In this document: positions 28,101 to 42,542 of the stretch, piece after piece
Layout of the letters: each line of letters starts with the position of its first letter
Numbering within the stretch: position 1 is the first letter of the stretch
Assembly (NCBI GenBank): GCA_951406725.2
Contig: OX597823.1
Location: forward strand, 79,608,001-79,672,000
Direction of reading: 5' to 3'
DNA length: 64,000 nucleotides
Source: Octopus vulgaris
Lineage: Eukaryota
Notes under the pieces: generated by a model
What the model was told of the DNA's origin: nothing
What the model saw: only the letters and a program-made list of their open reading frames with translations
Database searches by the model: none
Position numbers and translations under genes: made by a program

Positions 28101-29929
28101 CACTATATACAGACATTCATTACCCTTACTATGCGAATTCATTTTCCTTCGGGGTTTGGGGTTTTTTTTTTTTGCCATCTCTGAATCAATAGAGATTTGT
28201 AGCCCCTACCCCTAAAATATTATGTATGATGACTTTGAATGCACAATTTTTGAATATCTATAAATATGAGCCTCAGATACCCGAATTGATAAGGTATTGG
28301 ACTGCCAACAAATGGCTCGTATCTTGTCTATTACATTGACGCTTCATATCCTCTCACTGGTACTTTGTCTTCAGATAAATTGTCTTCAGATAAATTGTCT
28401 TCAGATAAAATAACTCGATCCTCATTTGTCGATTGACATCATATTGGCATTGAAATTGATGATTGCCTTATCAATAAGGTACAAAATAATCAAGACTCAC
28501 TTCACCTCAGTTGGCTTGTCCAAGTTTTCAAGACATTATGAAATAATTTTCTGTGAGTCTGATACTATTAGGTAATTGACGGGCAACAAGGAACCCTTTT
28601 TAATACGGGGAACCAGTCGCGAAAGTCACTATGACCCCTTGAATAGCAATAGCTTCGCTTGAATAACCCTTGTCTGAAGAAGAACGGCGGTATAAAACTA
28701 AGCTATACTGATCTTCTGAAGCGTCTATTATCTACTATGAAATGAATGAATAAATAAATAAATTTTGTGTTTTGATTTTTAAGAGTGAGTGGGAGTCTGA
28801 ATGTGATACTTTTGAGACTATGATTTTGTGACACCATCATTATTACAGTGAAAGTAATTATCATATTTCAATATGGAAAACTTCTAAACAGTCCTGGTTT
28901 GTATGTCGATATCGGTGAAAATTCTCGTCAGTAATGCTGAGCAGTAGAGTGGATTGGTCGGTAATGAGGAAGGTTGTCAAAGTAAGGTAATATATTACTT
29001 GCTGAAAATGTAAAATGGACAGATGTCTATTGGGGCGAACATTTCTAAGTGTTGATAAATTACAAATGATCGGTAAATGTTCTCGTAATAGCCATAATAT
29101 TGCTCGATGTGGGAACGTCTTTGATTTATCCGCGACAGTGTGTTACTGATATCGATTTCTTTTAAGTAAACGCTAAACCAGCTTTGAAAGAACCATAACC
29201 AAATAAATTACAACAACTTATTTCGTAGACTCCATTAAATGTACAAGAAAGAAATATTCCACAGCAAGACGTTTGTCAGGCATTCTAATGTTTCTTCTAC
29301 ATTTATCAAGTGCTGTTGTTGTTATTGATGCTGTTTAACCCTAAGTCAACCCTGATCAACTACACATGAGATCAAAAGTAATCTACAAAAGACCATTCTA
29401 GTATATTGAATATGACATTATCCGGTATATCTGTCCTTATTTAAGACAATATAATGTAATTTAGAAGAAAATTTGCTGTTATTTCTAGCAGGTCGAACCA
29501 CTATATACAGGCTCCTTTGATAATTCGTTTAACCTCGAAGAACATTTACAAAGAAATTGGAATGTCGGTAGAGCGCCGAATTAAAAGCTTCTTAGAATCT
29601 AGGTTTACTTATTTGCATTCTGAATTCGAACTCAATCGAAGGTGACTTCATGTTTTTTATCTCTCAATGATTAATAAAACAAGTACCAGATATAAAAATT
29701 AATAAAAAAACAAGACTTCTCAAAATCCTCCATTCCGTCCTGACCTAAACAACTGTTAATTTAATAGGTTAGCCTATTTCGCGGCCGGTGAATAGGCCAT
29801 CGTTACGTTCAGTCACTAAACTCTCGACTTCATTCTGTGTTCTGGTGGGTTTTAGAAGAAATTTGTTGTATATTCCATATGTAACTGTTTTTATATAACA
29901 AAAAATCCACTTCTTTTTAATGTAATATT

Positions 29930-30095
29930 TAAGGTTGCGAGTTGACAGAATCGTTAGCACGCCGGACTAAAATGCTTAGCGGTATTTCATCTGTCTTTAT
30001 GTTCTGAGTTCAAATTTCGCCGAGGTGGACTTTGTCTTTCATCCTTTCAGAGTCGATAATATAAATGCCCTCGTACCTACAGTAGAAAGGATTTA
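29930..30095 (+). mobile_element. SINE family A copy
   Basis: Head and core motifs. Confidence 0.8.
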
Positions 30096-30362
30096 CAGCA
30101 TTATTGTATGTGTACTTTTTGCCTCTACCCAATAGATATAAGGCTATTTTCAATTAACTTCGTGCGCCGAACACACAAACCACTTGGTTGCATGCCTTCA
30201 CACAACAGACTGTTCCTGACAGATTCAAGACTTCAACCTCTTCACCAGTTATTTACTATCGCAACGATTCAGTCATCTACAAATTTCATTTTTGTCTCCT
30301 TTGTACAAAGCCAACTAAATTAGAGTATCCGCACATCCGAATTAATTTCAATTAAAGTAATA

Positions 30363-30928
30363 TTGGGTTGTCCGGAAAGTTCGTACCGATTTATAGTAGC
30401 TTACCTTTCGACTTATTTTAGAACATGGTTGAGTCCATAAAATAGGATTTGACTACACCTCCATTTAGAGCACATTTTAAGCTATCTTTTCGTGGAAGAA
30501 GGTTTATGTTCCTGTAACCTGTGTTAATTTTGTAACCCTTTAAAATGGAAGATAAGAAAGTTCATTTGTGGCACTTGATGCTTTGGAAATCAGACAAAAA
30601 TTCCTGCAGCTCGGCTGGGATGTGTTACCCCACCCTCCATATTCACCAGATATTGCTCCTTCGGATTTCCACTTATTCAGGTCTCTGCAGAATAGTCTTA
30701 ATGGTAAAAATTTCAATTCCTTGGATGACGTAAAAAGATACCTTGATGAATTTTTTGCCATGAAACCAGCTCAATTCTGGAAAGAGGGTATTTTCAAGTT
30801 AAAGGAAAGATGGAGACGCATTTTGTAACAAAATGGTTCATATTTGGTTGATTAAAAATGTAATGGCAAGTATTTATTGACCTTTTCCTTTCCTTTAAAA
30901 ATCGGCACGAACTTTCCGGACAACCCAA
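30363..30928 (+). mobile_element. Internally deleted mariner (DD34D-type) element
   Basis: TIRs ttgggttgtccggaaagttcgt.ccgattt / aaatcggcacgaactttccggacaacccaa with TA TSD. N-terminal MEDKKVHLWHLML is joined out of frame to LGWDVLPHPPYSPDIAPSDFHLFRSL. Confidence 0.93.
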
Positions 30929-31674
30929 TACTTAAAACAATAATGAATAATAACATAGAGTTCTGTAGAGGTTTATCTCTTTCTCTAAGGCATAAAATTG
31001 AAACAAGGCTATGAGGTTTTTAAATAATCAAATTATTATGCTTCGTTGTAGAACTATAAACTTTAATTTTCAAATAATTGTGTCACAGTTCCTATTCATG
31101 GGGAGCTTAATTTTCGCAGAACTACCAAATAAAAATAATTCCAAAGGAAACTGAAGTGTTGACCCGGCTTATCAAAAACTCGTCACTTCACCAAAATGCA
31201 CTTCGTACTTCATTCTTTTCTGCTTAAGTTTAACGTTCAATTGACATTTAGTGTTTTATTTTTAGAACCTAGGAAGTTGGAAAGCTGATGGAATCATTAG
31301 CGCAACGGGGAAAAATTCAAAGCGGCATTTTTTTCTAGCTCTTTAAGTTCCAAATTCAGATCATGTCGAGATCGTCGACAAAATAAAGAATCAGCCCATT
31401 GAGTACTGAGGTCAATGTGATCGATTAATACCCTTACGAAAACAAAAAAATTGCTGCCCTTGTGCCAAAATGTGAAACCAGTCTTAGATACTCGGAATTT
31501 TTTAATTTTTAAACAGGTTTAGAAAAATGAAATTCTGGTTCGAATCTCGCCTAGTCCTATCTATACTATTTTGTTTTGAGATCTCTCTTTTGATTTTTTT
31601 TTCTTACTTACAGTGTATGAAGGAAGGAGAAGTGTTAAAGGCTTTTGCAGGACCGTATATAACACTGAGACTTG

Positions 31675-31872
31675 GTTTCAAGTTTTGGCACAAGACCAAC
31701 AGTTTCAGGGTGAGGAGTAAGTCTATTACATGGACCCCAGTGTTCAGCTGGTACTTATTTTATCGACTGCGAAAGGATGAAGGGTAAAGTTGGTCTCGGT
31801 GGCATTCGAAAACAGAACGTAAAGACAGACGAAATGCCGCTAAGCATTTTTGCATGGCGTGCCAGCTCGCTG
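31675..31872 (-). mobile_element. SINE family A copy
   Basis: Reverse-complement head, core and tail. Confidence 0.8.
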
Positions 31873-31884
31873 CATTTATGGAGC

Positions 31885-33080
31885 CATGGATATTTCACTT
31901 GAAACTTTGTAAATCGGTACCTGTGGGAAAGACATGGGGCAGAGAAATAATTTAACAAGGACGATGTTCCGGGAAGGAAGGACTGGGGGCGGGTTATACA
32001 GTAAGGGTGATGACAAAAGGAAAGACAAGCAGAACAAGAATGCTTGAAGGGAGGTGACATAGTCCCAATCAAATCCGGGCAGCAAAGCCCATTATAAGAC
32101 CGATAGAACAGGCAGAATGTGAAGGGAACACACACACACACACATAAATAATTGCATAAGTGCAATTATTTATCGTTTGCTCGCTTTAAAAAAAATGATA
32201 TTTGTTTATAAGGGTCAATTTAGTCTAAATTCTAGACTCACAAGAAACACGGACGCAAGCTGCTCGAGAAAGAATGTGCATATGTAGAGCACGGATCAGA
32301 GAGGAACAGCGAGAAGATATAATAAAAAGAGGAAAAAGACAACACCGACGGAGACGTGGGGATATGAATGTAGACGAACGTCAGGAATATTTAAAGTAAG
32401 TATGCTATAAAAATACAAATCATCCTTTCTTTCTTAAATAGGGTCTCTTAATTTTTTCCATTCTGTGGAACTTACTCGGGACCTACTAAGACATTTATTA
32501 TTCTTGTCTAAGAATAATAATTTCGTACTCCTCAAAAGTATAGAGCAACCTTACAGATTAATGTAAAATTGTTTTTATTATAACTATACATAAAAACAAA
32601 TAATATATATAGTAGTGTAATGTGTGAGTGTGCGCACGTGCGTGTGTGTGTGTATGTATATATATATATATATATGCATACATACATATACCAGGGCACT
32701 GTTGTTCCCCTTGCCACCCACACTTCAAACAAACCAACTTCTGCCTCTTCCAGTCGTCTCAGCATGCCTTCACCGTTTAACTCAAACATTTTTTCTCCAT
32801 CTTTTATCTCACCACATCTATACTCTCTGACGAAGAGCGTAGACACGAATTATAAGGCCAATAGAACAGGCAGAAAGTGAAGGGAACACAGGCGTGGGTC
32901 AGAGATTGGAATGTGTCTGTGAGTAACTTTATGCCAATCATTTGAGAAGCCCTTTTCTTGATGTGATCTAGGATGTCTATGTGTACGCTGAAGCTGGAGT
33001 TTTAGCGCGACTGTAAGTTTGACTTTATGCAGTTGTGTATGGAAGTTGCAATGATTCAAGTGTACTTCACACGCACTTGC
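31885..33080 (-). mobile_element. Fragmented CR1/Jockey-group LINE 3' end pieces
   Basis: LFYRSYNGLCCPDL...SFLPGTSSLLN...FTKFQ; a 40-bp segment is duplicated at about 32092 and 32850. Confidence 0.5.
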
Positions 33081-33425
33081 ATTTATGCAGTTACAAAATA
33101 GAAAGAGAGAGATAGGAGAGAGAAAAATACATTTCTAGTAAAAAGGGAACGTGAAAACGCTATGTCCATGTCTTTCCTAGTGGCAATGATACATGTGTGT
33201 GAGTGTGTGTGTGTGTGTTTGTGTGTGTGTGTTTGTGTGTGTGTGTGAGTGTGTGTGTGAGTGTGTGGGGGGGGAACCTATTTCTATCAGAAATCGAAAC
33301 TAAGTCACATATTCAATCTTTAACAACTTGTGTGTGTATGTTTGTGTGTATTTGTGTGTGTATGTGTGTGAGTGTGTGTGTGTGTCTATGTGTGTGCGTG
33401 TGTGTGAGTGTGTATATGTGTATGT

Positions 33426-33486
<61 letters not shown>

Positions 33487-33620
33487 CCTATTCCTATCAG
33501 AAATCGAAACTGAGCCAAATATTCAATCTTTAACAATTTAATCCCGTATCCTGCTGTCTGCTACGCAACCAGTTTCATATATTCTGTTCTGTATACAGGT
33601 GCTTTACTTTAAACACAATT

Positions 33621-33850
33621 AAGGCGGCGAGCTGGCAGAAACGTTAGCGCGCCGGACGAAATGCTTAGCGGTATTTCGTCTACCGTTACGTTGTGAGTTC
33701 AAAATTCCGCCGAAGTCGACTTTGCCTTTCATCCTTTCGGGGTCGATAAATTAAGTACCAGTTTCGCACTGGGTCGATGTAATCGACTTAATCCCTTTGT
33801 CTATCCTCGTTTGTCCCCTCTATGTTTAGCATAGTGGGCAGTAAAGAAAT
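33621..33850 (+). mobile_element. SINE family A, full length, with TSD
   Basis: 'ttaaacacaattaa' on both flanks. Confidence 0.9.
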
Positions 33851-34585
33851 ATATACTTAAACACAATTAAAACTCATCTTACTGTTACAACAACTTAGAA
33901 AAATATTATATTGATTGCTATTGTCATTGAGTGAATGAAATAGAAGTCGACTGAACAATCGTTAATTCACGTCCCACTATGAATGTTTGCTTAGTAAATC
34001 AAAAGTATACACATTCACCCCCAATTCACGCTTATATATTATATGTATATAATTTTACATAAAATCTTGCTTGGAAGCTCAGATATTCAATATTTCAATG
34101 GATATTTACGCATTTGAAAGATACATAAACTTAATAAAACCAAGGCAATGTTTCAGACATTTCAATATAACTTTGATAGTATGAATCTGTGTATTTCTTT
34201 CAATTTTACGCTCTGGTTGGTATAAAGAGATTTTTTCATGCTTAACGAATACGAATATTCGAATTGGCTAAGCAGCATTCTCCCTGTAGCTATACGTTGT
34301 AATTTATCGGCAGACCGGCGAAGTTAAGCGAAACCTGACGGCAGTTAACGAACCAGAAACCAGATGTTTCAATACTCATGCCGTCATACTGAAAACTCTG
34401 CATATAACTTCAAGATTTGTTCTATAGCAAGACTAGATATTTAAAATGTAAAACTATAATTTCATATCGTGTGAGTGTGTATATCGGCATCAAAGTCAAA
34501 GTTCGAATAAATAAAGATAAACATTAACACCTGATAGAAAATATATAGAATAAAGATCCTACTCGAATAATATAAACGCATAAAG

Positions 34586-34778
34586 CTGGTTTCTTGGTTT
34601 CTGATGCGTATATATTCCCCCTGGAGGGGACGCCGGTCCGCTGCAGAAATAGTCCTTTTTCTTTTTCTGCTAGCTGTCTGGATAGGAGAAGCGTTTTATG
34701 AAAGAACACAGTCCAGAAATCGAAATCACAATCTTATGATCTGGAGTCCAAGACCCCTAACCACTGAGCCACACACCT
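34586..34778 (-). mobile_element. Diverged tRNA-head SINE (family D)
   Basis: Head 'ggtgtgtggctcagtggttagg...tttcgatt'; tail like the copy at 54914. Confidence 0.6.
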
Positions 34779-35426
34779 TCATATGGAGAAAAGAAGTAAA
34801 ACGAAGTCTATAAACTATGAATGTGAACTCTAAATCTGTCGCACTCAAAAGCAAGTAATAAGCAATTCTAATCCAGTCGCGGGGTTTCCGTTTTACATTA
34901 TTTTCATTGCAATTCAATGTGATATCATATAATAATCATGACGATGGGTCGATATAATTATATACATGAGCGAAACGTCTATGTCTACTAAGATGTCTGA
35001 CTAAGTCAAACTGTAGAAACGTCGAACAGTAATAATCTTTTATGTGTTTAGTTTTTACTTGCTTCATTCGTTAGAGTTTGGCCATGCAGGGGCATCATCT
35101 TGAAGGATTTTAGGCGAACGATTCGCACTCACACTAATTGTTTTGTTGTTGTTTTTCTATTTGTGTGTGTGTGTGTGTGTGTGTATTTTTAAGCCTAGAA
35201 CATATTCTATCGGTCACTTTTGCGGAACCGCTAGTTACGGGGACGTAAGCACACCGGTTGTCAAGTGGTGATAGAGAGTACAGACACAAATACAGACACA
35301 TATACATCTATATAATAATCTGCTTGTTTGTTCGCCCGTTATACATTACTTAGTGATACTCATAACTGCACAAAAAAGCTGCACGTTTGCATTATATTAT
35401 ATATACAATAATAATAAAGGACGTTA

Positions 35427-35590
35427 CCGTATGCATTTTTACAAACCAAGGACATCATATAGACCTCCTTGACTCAAGTTAGAGAAGGGGTGCGTATTAT
35501 ACACAAGGTTTAGGTTTTTCAGAAGTACAGCCCCCTAAAAATCCCCTGCGTATTATACTCAAGGGCGGACTATACTCGAGGATTTTACGG
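35427..35590. mobile_element. pogo/Tc2-like MITE
   Basis: TA-CCGTA...TACGG-TA termini; internal repeated 'gcgtattatac'. Confidence 0.65.
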
Positions 35591-35624
35591 TAGGCAACTC
35601 GTGAGGCTCAAATGAGATTCAAAT

Positions 35625-35684
35625 GAGTCTGACGAGTTGCCTATACTTCTAAGCGCTTGATAGATGCGAAACCAATGGTCACTC
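35625..35684 (+). ncRNA. Type I hammerhead ribozyme fold with canonical core and GUC site
   Basis: Stem I gagt/actc; CTGACGA 35629-35635; G..C-closed long stem II containing ctat/atag; GAAA 35668-35671; stem III acca-a-tggt; GTC 35678-35680. Confidence 0.72.
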
Positions 35685-35729
35685 TTTTACCGACCATATC
35701 ATTTAACTTCCTAAAAATATATCTTACTA

Positions 35730-35960
35730 CTCTCTCTTTACTCTTTACTCTTTTACTTGTTTCAATCATTTGACTGCGGCCATGCTGGAGCACCGCCTTT
35801 AATCGAGCAACTCGACCCCGGGACTTATTCTTTTGTAAGCCCAGTACTTATTCTATCGGTCTCTTTTGCCGAACCGCTAAGTAACGGGGACATAAACACA
35901 CCAGCATCGGTTGTCAAGCAATGGTAGGGGTACAAACACAGACACACAAACACACACACG

Positions 35961-36018
<58 letters not shown>

Positions 36019-36185
36019 TACGACGGGCTTCTTTCAGTTTCCGTCTACCAAATCCACTCACAAGGCTTTGGTCGGCCCGAGGATATAGTAGAAGACACTT
36101 GCCCAAGGTGCCACGCAGTGGGACTGAACCCGGAACCATGTGGTTGGGAAGCGAGCTACTTACCACACGGCCACTCCTGCGCCTA
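35730..36185 (-). mobile_element. SINE family B, full length
   Basis: Complete head, body, internal microsatellite and tail. Confidence 0.92.
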
Positions 36186-36643
36186 TGCATTTTTTTCCGG
36201 ATATATAAACTACTGACGATACATATACTTATCATAAGGAGTATCATGAAGACCGAACATGTAGGCGTTGTTTCTGCTCGTGGGCATATTGTCTGATATA
36301 ATTTATACGAGTATTAAATATCTTCATCTCTCTTGTTAACTACGAGGCTCTTATACCTATATACATAGAGAAGCCTGGCTCATTTTTCCTGTTAATTAGA
36401 AAGAGAAAGAAGAACAGCATGTTCGTTGTATTTGTTGTAATGTTTAATACGATTTACATGTACACACTTTGATGTTAATTTAGAATTTATTCATCATCTT
36501 GGAGTAAATTTATATGAAATATATTGCTCTAAGTCCTTATGTATGATTGAAGTACTGTTGTATTAAATTTATCGAATTACATGTTGCTATACCAGAAATT
36601 AATAGAATTACTACAGCAGCGAAATATGCTTGGAGTTATATAA

Positions 36644-36989
36644 TGCATGTATGTATGTATGTATGTATGTATGTATGTATGTATGTACGTACGTACGTAT
36701 GTACGTATGTATGTATGTATGTATGTATGTACGTACGTACGTATGTATGTATGTACGTATCTATGTATGTATGTATGTATGTATGTATGTATGTTGGTAT
36801 GTATGTATGTACGTACGTATCTATGTATGTATGTATGTATGTATGTATGTATGTTGGTATGTATGTATGTACGTACGTATGTATGTATGTATGTACGTAT
36901 GTATGTATGTATGTAGGTATGTATGTACGTACGTACGTACGTATGTATGTACGTACGTACGTATGTATGTATGTATGTATGTACGTACG

Positions 36990-37023
<34 letters not shown>

Positions 37024-37442
37024 TGTACGTACGTACGTATGTACGTACGTACGTATGTACGTATGTATGTATGTATGTACGCACGTATGTATGTATGTAT
37101 GTAGGTATGTAGGTATGTATGTATGTACGTACGTACGTATGTATGTATGTATGTACGTACGTACGTACGTACGTATGTATGTTTGTATGTATGTAGGTGT
37201 GTATGTATGTACGTATGTATGTATGTATATAGTTATGTATGTATAAAGGAATGAATGAATGAACGTATGTATGCATGAATGAAGGTTTATGTGTGAATGT
37301 GATGGTGTGTGTATGCATACATAAGTATATGTGTACATACATACTTAAATGCACACATACATACACACACACAAGCATATTTATATATCGTATGAATATG
37401 TAGATATAGATACATACATACATACATACATACATACATACA

Positions 37443-37472
<30 letters not shown>
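36644..37472. repeat. Long (TATG)n/(TACG)n microsatellite followed by inverted (CATA)n
   Basis: Direct reading. Confidence 0.95.
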
Positions 37473-37473
<1 letters not shown>

Positions 37474-37766
37474 TCTTTTCAAGTGATACACTATGTTATA
37501 GCGCAGTTTCTCGCTTTTGTGCCTTCGTTCAGGAGACAATATTTCTTCACCATATTGATCTATGTCCAAGAGATTTATTCCATTAGATTTATTCCTTATA
37601 CTGCAATCAAGTGGAATGTTAGTCGCACGCAAAATCCACCACATATTTCTATTTAATTTTTGGCTGTTTGATGTTTCAAAAGTTTTCTCCCTTGCCTAGT
37701 CTGAAAATACTTTTTATTAACATTAATGACTTCTTTTATTTAGAGATATAATTTCAATTAATTAAA

Positions 37767-38555
37767 GGCAGCGAGCTGGCAGAAACGTTAGCACGCCGGG
37801 CGAAATGCTTCGCGATATTTCGTCTGCCGCTACGTTCTGAGTTCAAATTCCGCCGAGGTCGACTTTGCCTTTCATCCTTTCGGGATCGATAAATCAAGTA
37901 CCAGTTATGCACTGGGTCGATATAATCAACTTAATCCGTTTGTCTGTCCTTGTTTGTCCTCTCAGTGTTCAGCCCCTTGTGAGTAGTAAAGAAATAGATA
38001 TAATTTCAATTAATTAAAATTGTTTTCGGCTCTTTAATTTAACTATCGTAACCTAATGCAGAAATATTTCAATATCATTATTTTAATTTGCCCTTAGGCG
38101 GCGAGCTGGCTGAATCGTTAGCAAGCCGGGCAAAATGCTTCGCGGCGTTTCGTCCGTCTTCACGTTCTGAGTTCAAATTCCGCTGACGTCGATTTTTGCC
38201 TTTCTTCCTTTCGGGATCGATAAACTAAGTGCCAGCGAAACACTGGCGTCGATGTAATCGACTGGTCCCCTCCTCCTCCTCCCAAATTTCAGGCCTTGTG
38301 TGCCTTCTGAAGAAGGGATTATTTTAATTTGTCTGAGAACGACAGGTTCACAGAATTGTTAGAGCGTAGAAAAATTCTTTGCAGCATCTCTAATGGGTCT
38401 TTACGTCCAGAGTTCAAATCCTGCCGAAGACAACATTGTTGTTTATCCTTTTCAAGACTATAAAACAAAGTACCAGCCAAGGACTGAAATTGACCCCATC
38501 AGCTAGCTCTCTCCTCTCAACATTACTGGCTTTCTTTCTAAATTAGAAACACTTA
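37767..38555 (+). mobile_element. Three SINE family A copies; the first has a 23-bp flanking duplication
   Basis: 'agatataatttcaattaattaaa' at 37744-37766 and 37996-38018. Confidence 0.88.
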
Positions 38556-39608
38556 AAGTGGCCCAGTCAATGAATGCTCATCATTTAAAAGCTATTTGTA
38601 TCAGCCATTCTGAACTCTTCGAAATCATTCAGTAGACTGTGTTTTACTCTAAAGTATATGTATATATAGGCTTTAGACAGGGGGTGGAAGCGCATCCACT
38701 AAAATTGGGGGAGGGGGATGCAAACGCTTTGAACATCTTACTGAAAGACATCATCGACAAAACGAATGAGAGTAGGAACATTTTTAGACTTATTTGAAAC
38801 ATTCCTTTTCCATTGGATTTATCTGAGGCGGCGAACTGGCAGAATACAGAGTTGAGCATATCTTCAAGATTCATTGTTTGCTTGCGTGATGATAGACTTG
38901 TCTTTGCAAGCGGAAACAGAACCAAACAAGCACTTGGGGGGCGACTATTCCCTTCCTCCAAAATTCCAAGCCCTGTGCCTACAGCAGAAAGATTTATTAT
39001 ACCTGTTTGTTTTGATAAGATTGAAAAGAAAATGACCTTGTGTGCAAAACATTTTGGACCTGGGTTTGCACCTCTTAAGCAAATTTATTTCCCGCACTTA
39101 TGTATGTATATTGAGTTCTAACAACTAGTTACAAGCATCGCTGTGCCTAAATGAAACCATAAAAACGTTATTATTACTATGATTATTTTTATTATAAACG
39201 AAACCATGTAATCGCTATTAGAGCACGAAAAAAATCACGAAAAACATCATTAAAAAATTTATGCTTCTCTGTGTGATCCTTCTTTTGCACAGAAATGTTA
39301 ACACTTTTTATATGAATTAGGCTACTTTGATAAATCGAAATATTGTTAAAATTATCGATGTTATAAAACAACAGTGTTATGTTATGTACATAAACATAAC
39401 ATCGATATTTTATGTTGCCACAATTCCACAAGTTTATAAGAGCGGTAATATAGTTAATGTATTACTGGATATCAACGAACATTGAACTTAAGAACGTAGG
39501 AGGACAAAAATATTTTTGATAAAATCTCTTACTCGGCTGCTCCACAAGTTCTGCAAATTAGTCAGTTTCGACATGACATTTTACGGCTTGAGTCATTTTA
39601 CGTTGTAA

Positions 39609-40009
39609 CTAGCAGTATAGCCCAGCGTTGCTCGGGCTTGTTTTCTTTTTGACCCTTTAGAATTGGAATTTTTGAAAAGTAAAATGTTTGCATTACGTAG
39701 CTTGTTATTCTCTTTAACTGAACATTTTTCTGGTTGAAATACATCGAAAAATGGCGACACAACAGTCAAAATATCGTAAAAAGTTGCGATTTTCATAGAA
39801 AAAAAAGTACCTTTTTTATGTAAATAATTTTTGGTATTAACATGGTCCGATTTGAATTTTTTCTTCTACGGAAGGAAGAGCAAGCCTTCTTCTATCAGAC
39901 TCTCAATTTTGGTTAACTTGCGCCACAGGGTCTCGGAGGAGATAGTGTTAGTTGAAGGCTACCAAACCTGCCACACACAGACAACTTCAGCTTTATATAT
40001 ATATATAGA
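39609..40009 (-). mobile_element. Non-autonomous Helitron (same family as 11157)
   Basis: Reverse-complement similarity throughout; TC...hairpin-CTAG termini. Confidence 0.87.
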
Positions 40010-40714
40010 TTCAGAATGAAAACTATCAGTGGTTCATAGCTCGGCTAATTGGCTGCAACCAGATGTGGTACAAATAATCTACAGTTCGGATTCCTTTACT
40101 AGTACTGAGCTGTTGGTAATGACCCGGCTATCGATCTTTGTTTGAAAAATATATCTAGGTACCATTTTCAGATACAGTTGATTACTGTTAACAGTGCTGT
40201 TACTGTTTAATGAAGAAGCTTTTAACTTGCATGATTTGAGCTAAGTGTTTATAGTGAGGCTGTCTTCGGGTAATTTTTCTACTAAACACACCATTACTTC
40301 CTACATACAACACAATGGCTCTTTTAAGTGAATATGAAACAATTGTATCAAATCGTTAAATCTCATGGTGTTAGAAATGATACTATCTTTATTTTTTCAT
40401 TGTCTAGGGAGTGTTAAATGTATGTTATGTTAATAAGAAAAATAAAGATACAATATAATGAATGGCCGGCGACATTCACTGCAGTAGCCACTCCTACTCG
40501 TGGGTCACATTTCTCCGACGGGCGCCGCTATCTCTATTTTGCGGGCTGTCCATCAACACTCCCCGCCGTCTTCCGCAGATTTGTATACCTCCTCTTTTTC
40601 TCCTTTTTCTTCTTTTCTTTTTTTTAAGTGTTTGTAATAAATGTCTCTACTTCAACAAGATTTTTTAAAACGCAACATTTTTACACACACACACACACAC
40701 ACTTACACGCGCGC

Positions 40715-41700
40715 GGGTTACTCCAACCGAAGTTGTTCTCAAGGGTTTTGTTCATGGAATACACACAGATTTGGGGCATAGTGTCTAGGCCAGTAGTGAA
40801 TGATGCACAGTTCGGAAAGGTTATGGTAGAGTGAAGTATCACTTCACCTGCATATACCGTGATAGCAATTAAGTTATTGATGTACAGAAAGAAGAGAGTA
40901 GGTGACAAAACCAAACTCTGGAGCACACCAGATTTGATTGCGAAAAAAAACCCAAAAAGACCGCAATTTACACATGCCTTGGCTTTGTGGTGGATACAAG
41001 AGATGAGAAATGACTGAAGCCTGTGAGTGGAAATCTCTGAGAAGAAATTCGCACGCTCGATATGGTCGAAGAAATTACTGATATCCAGTGCAACAACATT
41101 GCTTTCATAAAATTTCTCTAAAATAAAACCCACCGATGAAGGATCTAAGAAAATAGGTCTTAATAAGGCGGCGAGCTGGTAGAAACGTTAGCACGCCGGG
41201 CGAAATGCGTAGCCGTATTTCGTCTGCCGTTGCGTTCTGAGTTCAAATTCCGCCGAGGACGATTTTACCTTTCATCCTTTCGGTTTCGATTAAATAAGTG
41301 CCAGTTACGGACTGGGGTCGATATAATCGACTTAATCCGTGTGTCTGTCCTTGTTTGTCCCCTCTGTATTTAGCCCCTTGTGGGTAGTAAAGAAATAGGT
41401 ATTTCGTCTGCCGTTGCGTTCTGAGTTCAAATTCTGCCGAGGACGACTTTACCGTTCATCCTTTCGGGGTCTATTAAATAAATACCAGTTACTTATTTGT
41501 CTGTCCTTGTGGGCAGTACAGAAATAGGTCTTAAATGGATCTGGTTCTACGGAAGTCATTGAAGAGATTCACGATGTTGGAGAACATCAATGTTAATGGC
41601 TAACACCAATACCTTAGAGATATTAGAAGTGAGAGAAATAGAATATTGGGTGAGGCAGAGGAGTTGCTTTTCTTCGGAATGGTACACCCTGCGATGCATT
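40715..41700 (-). mobile_element. Degenerate CR1/Jockey-group LINE RT domain, SINE-interrupted
   Basis: YSISLTSNISKVL..; VVALDISNFFD; SGVLQSLVLSPTLFFLYINNL (RT motifs). Confidence 0.78.
41164..41521 (+). mobile_element. SINE family A with duplicated body and 13-bp TSD
   Basis: 'aaataggtcttaa' at 41151-41163 and 41522-41534. Confidence 0.9.
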
Positions 41701-42542
41701 TTCAAATGCCAGGACGTATCCCGACAGTGAGTGGGCGATAAAATGTTTGGTGAGTATAAGAACGATATCCGATGAGCATTATTTGAGTGCAATGGAAGGG
41801 ACATTGTCATAGCCTGTAGCTTTGATGATTTGAAGCAAACGACGTGGTGGGAGTGTTCTCATTTGAAGTGTGTGTGTGTGAGGTGAAAAGCCTGGTTGAG
41901 AGGAATGAATAGATTTGAGTTCGATTGGTTAAGTCTATGCAGCATGAAGTTGGATTCGATGAGGGTAGCGAAGATTGAGATTCATGGAGACATTACTCTA
42001 TTTCATTAAGATTTGCCTTAAAGGCATCACAAAGAGTAGCTTGCGGGCTGGACACATACATTAATGAGGTGAATGATGAAAAAAGGGTGATATTGATGGG
42101 AGAAACAAAGAACTTGAACCTCTCACTGCATTTTTCGCAATTATTGGAGTTAATAGTCCATTACAAATAATAACATACAATAAAATATTCAATATACAAT
42201 CAACACTAATCCATTTACAAATGAGGCGCTGAGCCTCTTACACATTATAACACTGAGGCTTTTCAACCTCTTGCATGGAGACACTACTCACAAAACCGAC
42301 ATTGACATGAAGAAAGGGAATCTTTCACAAAGTTGTCGGAGATTTTTTTTTGTCAAGAGACCAGAAGGATTGATTGCAAGTCAGCTGGCAGGAGAGCCTG
42401 CGATCTAAACAAATGGGAAATTATAGTAGTTTTTTTTTCTTTTCTTAATGTATAAAACAATTTGAACTCTGTGATTGTTCCTGATCCCCTTGGTAAAATA
42501 ATTTACTAAAACTATTTTCTGCTATTTAGAGTTAAATTTACA

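Noticed and set aside
30568-30828. SETMAR-like host gene
   Set aside because: Lies within TIR-bounded deleted mariner; no SET domain.
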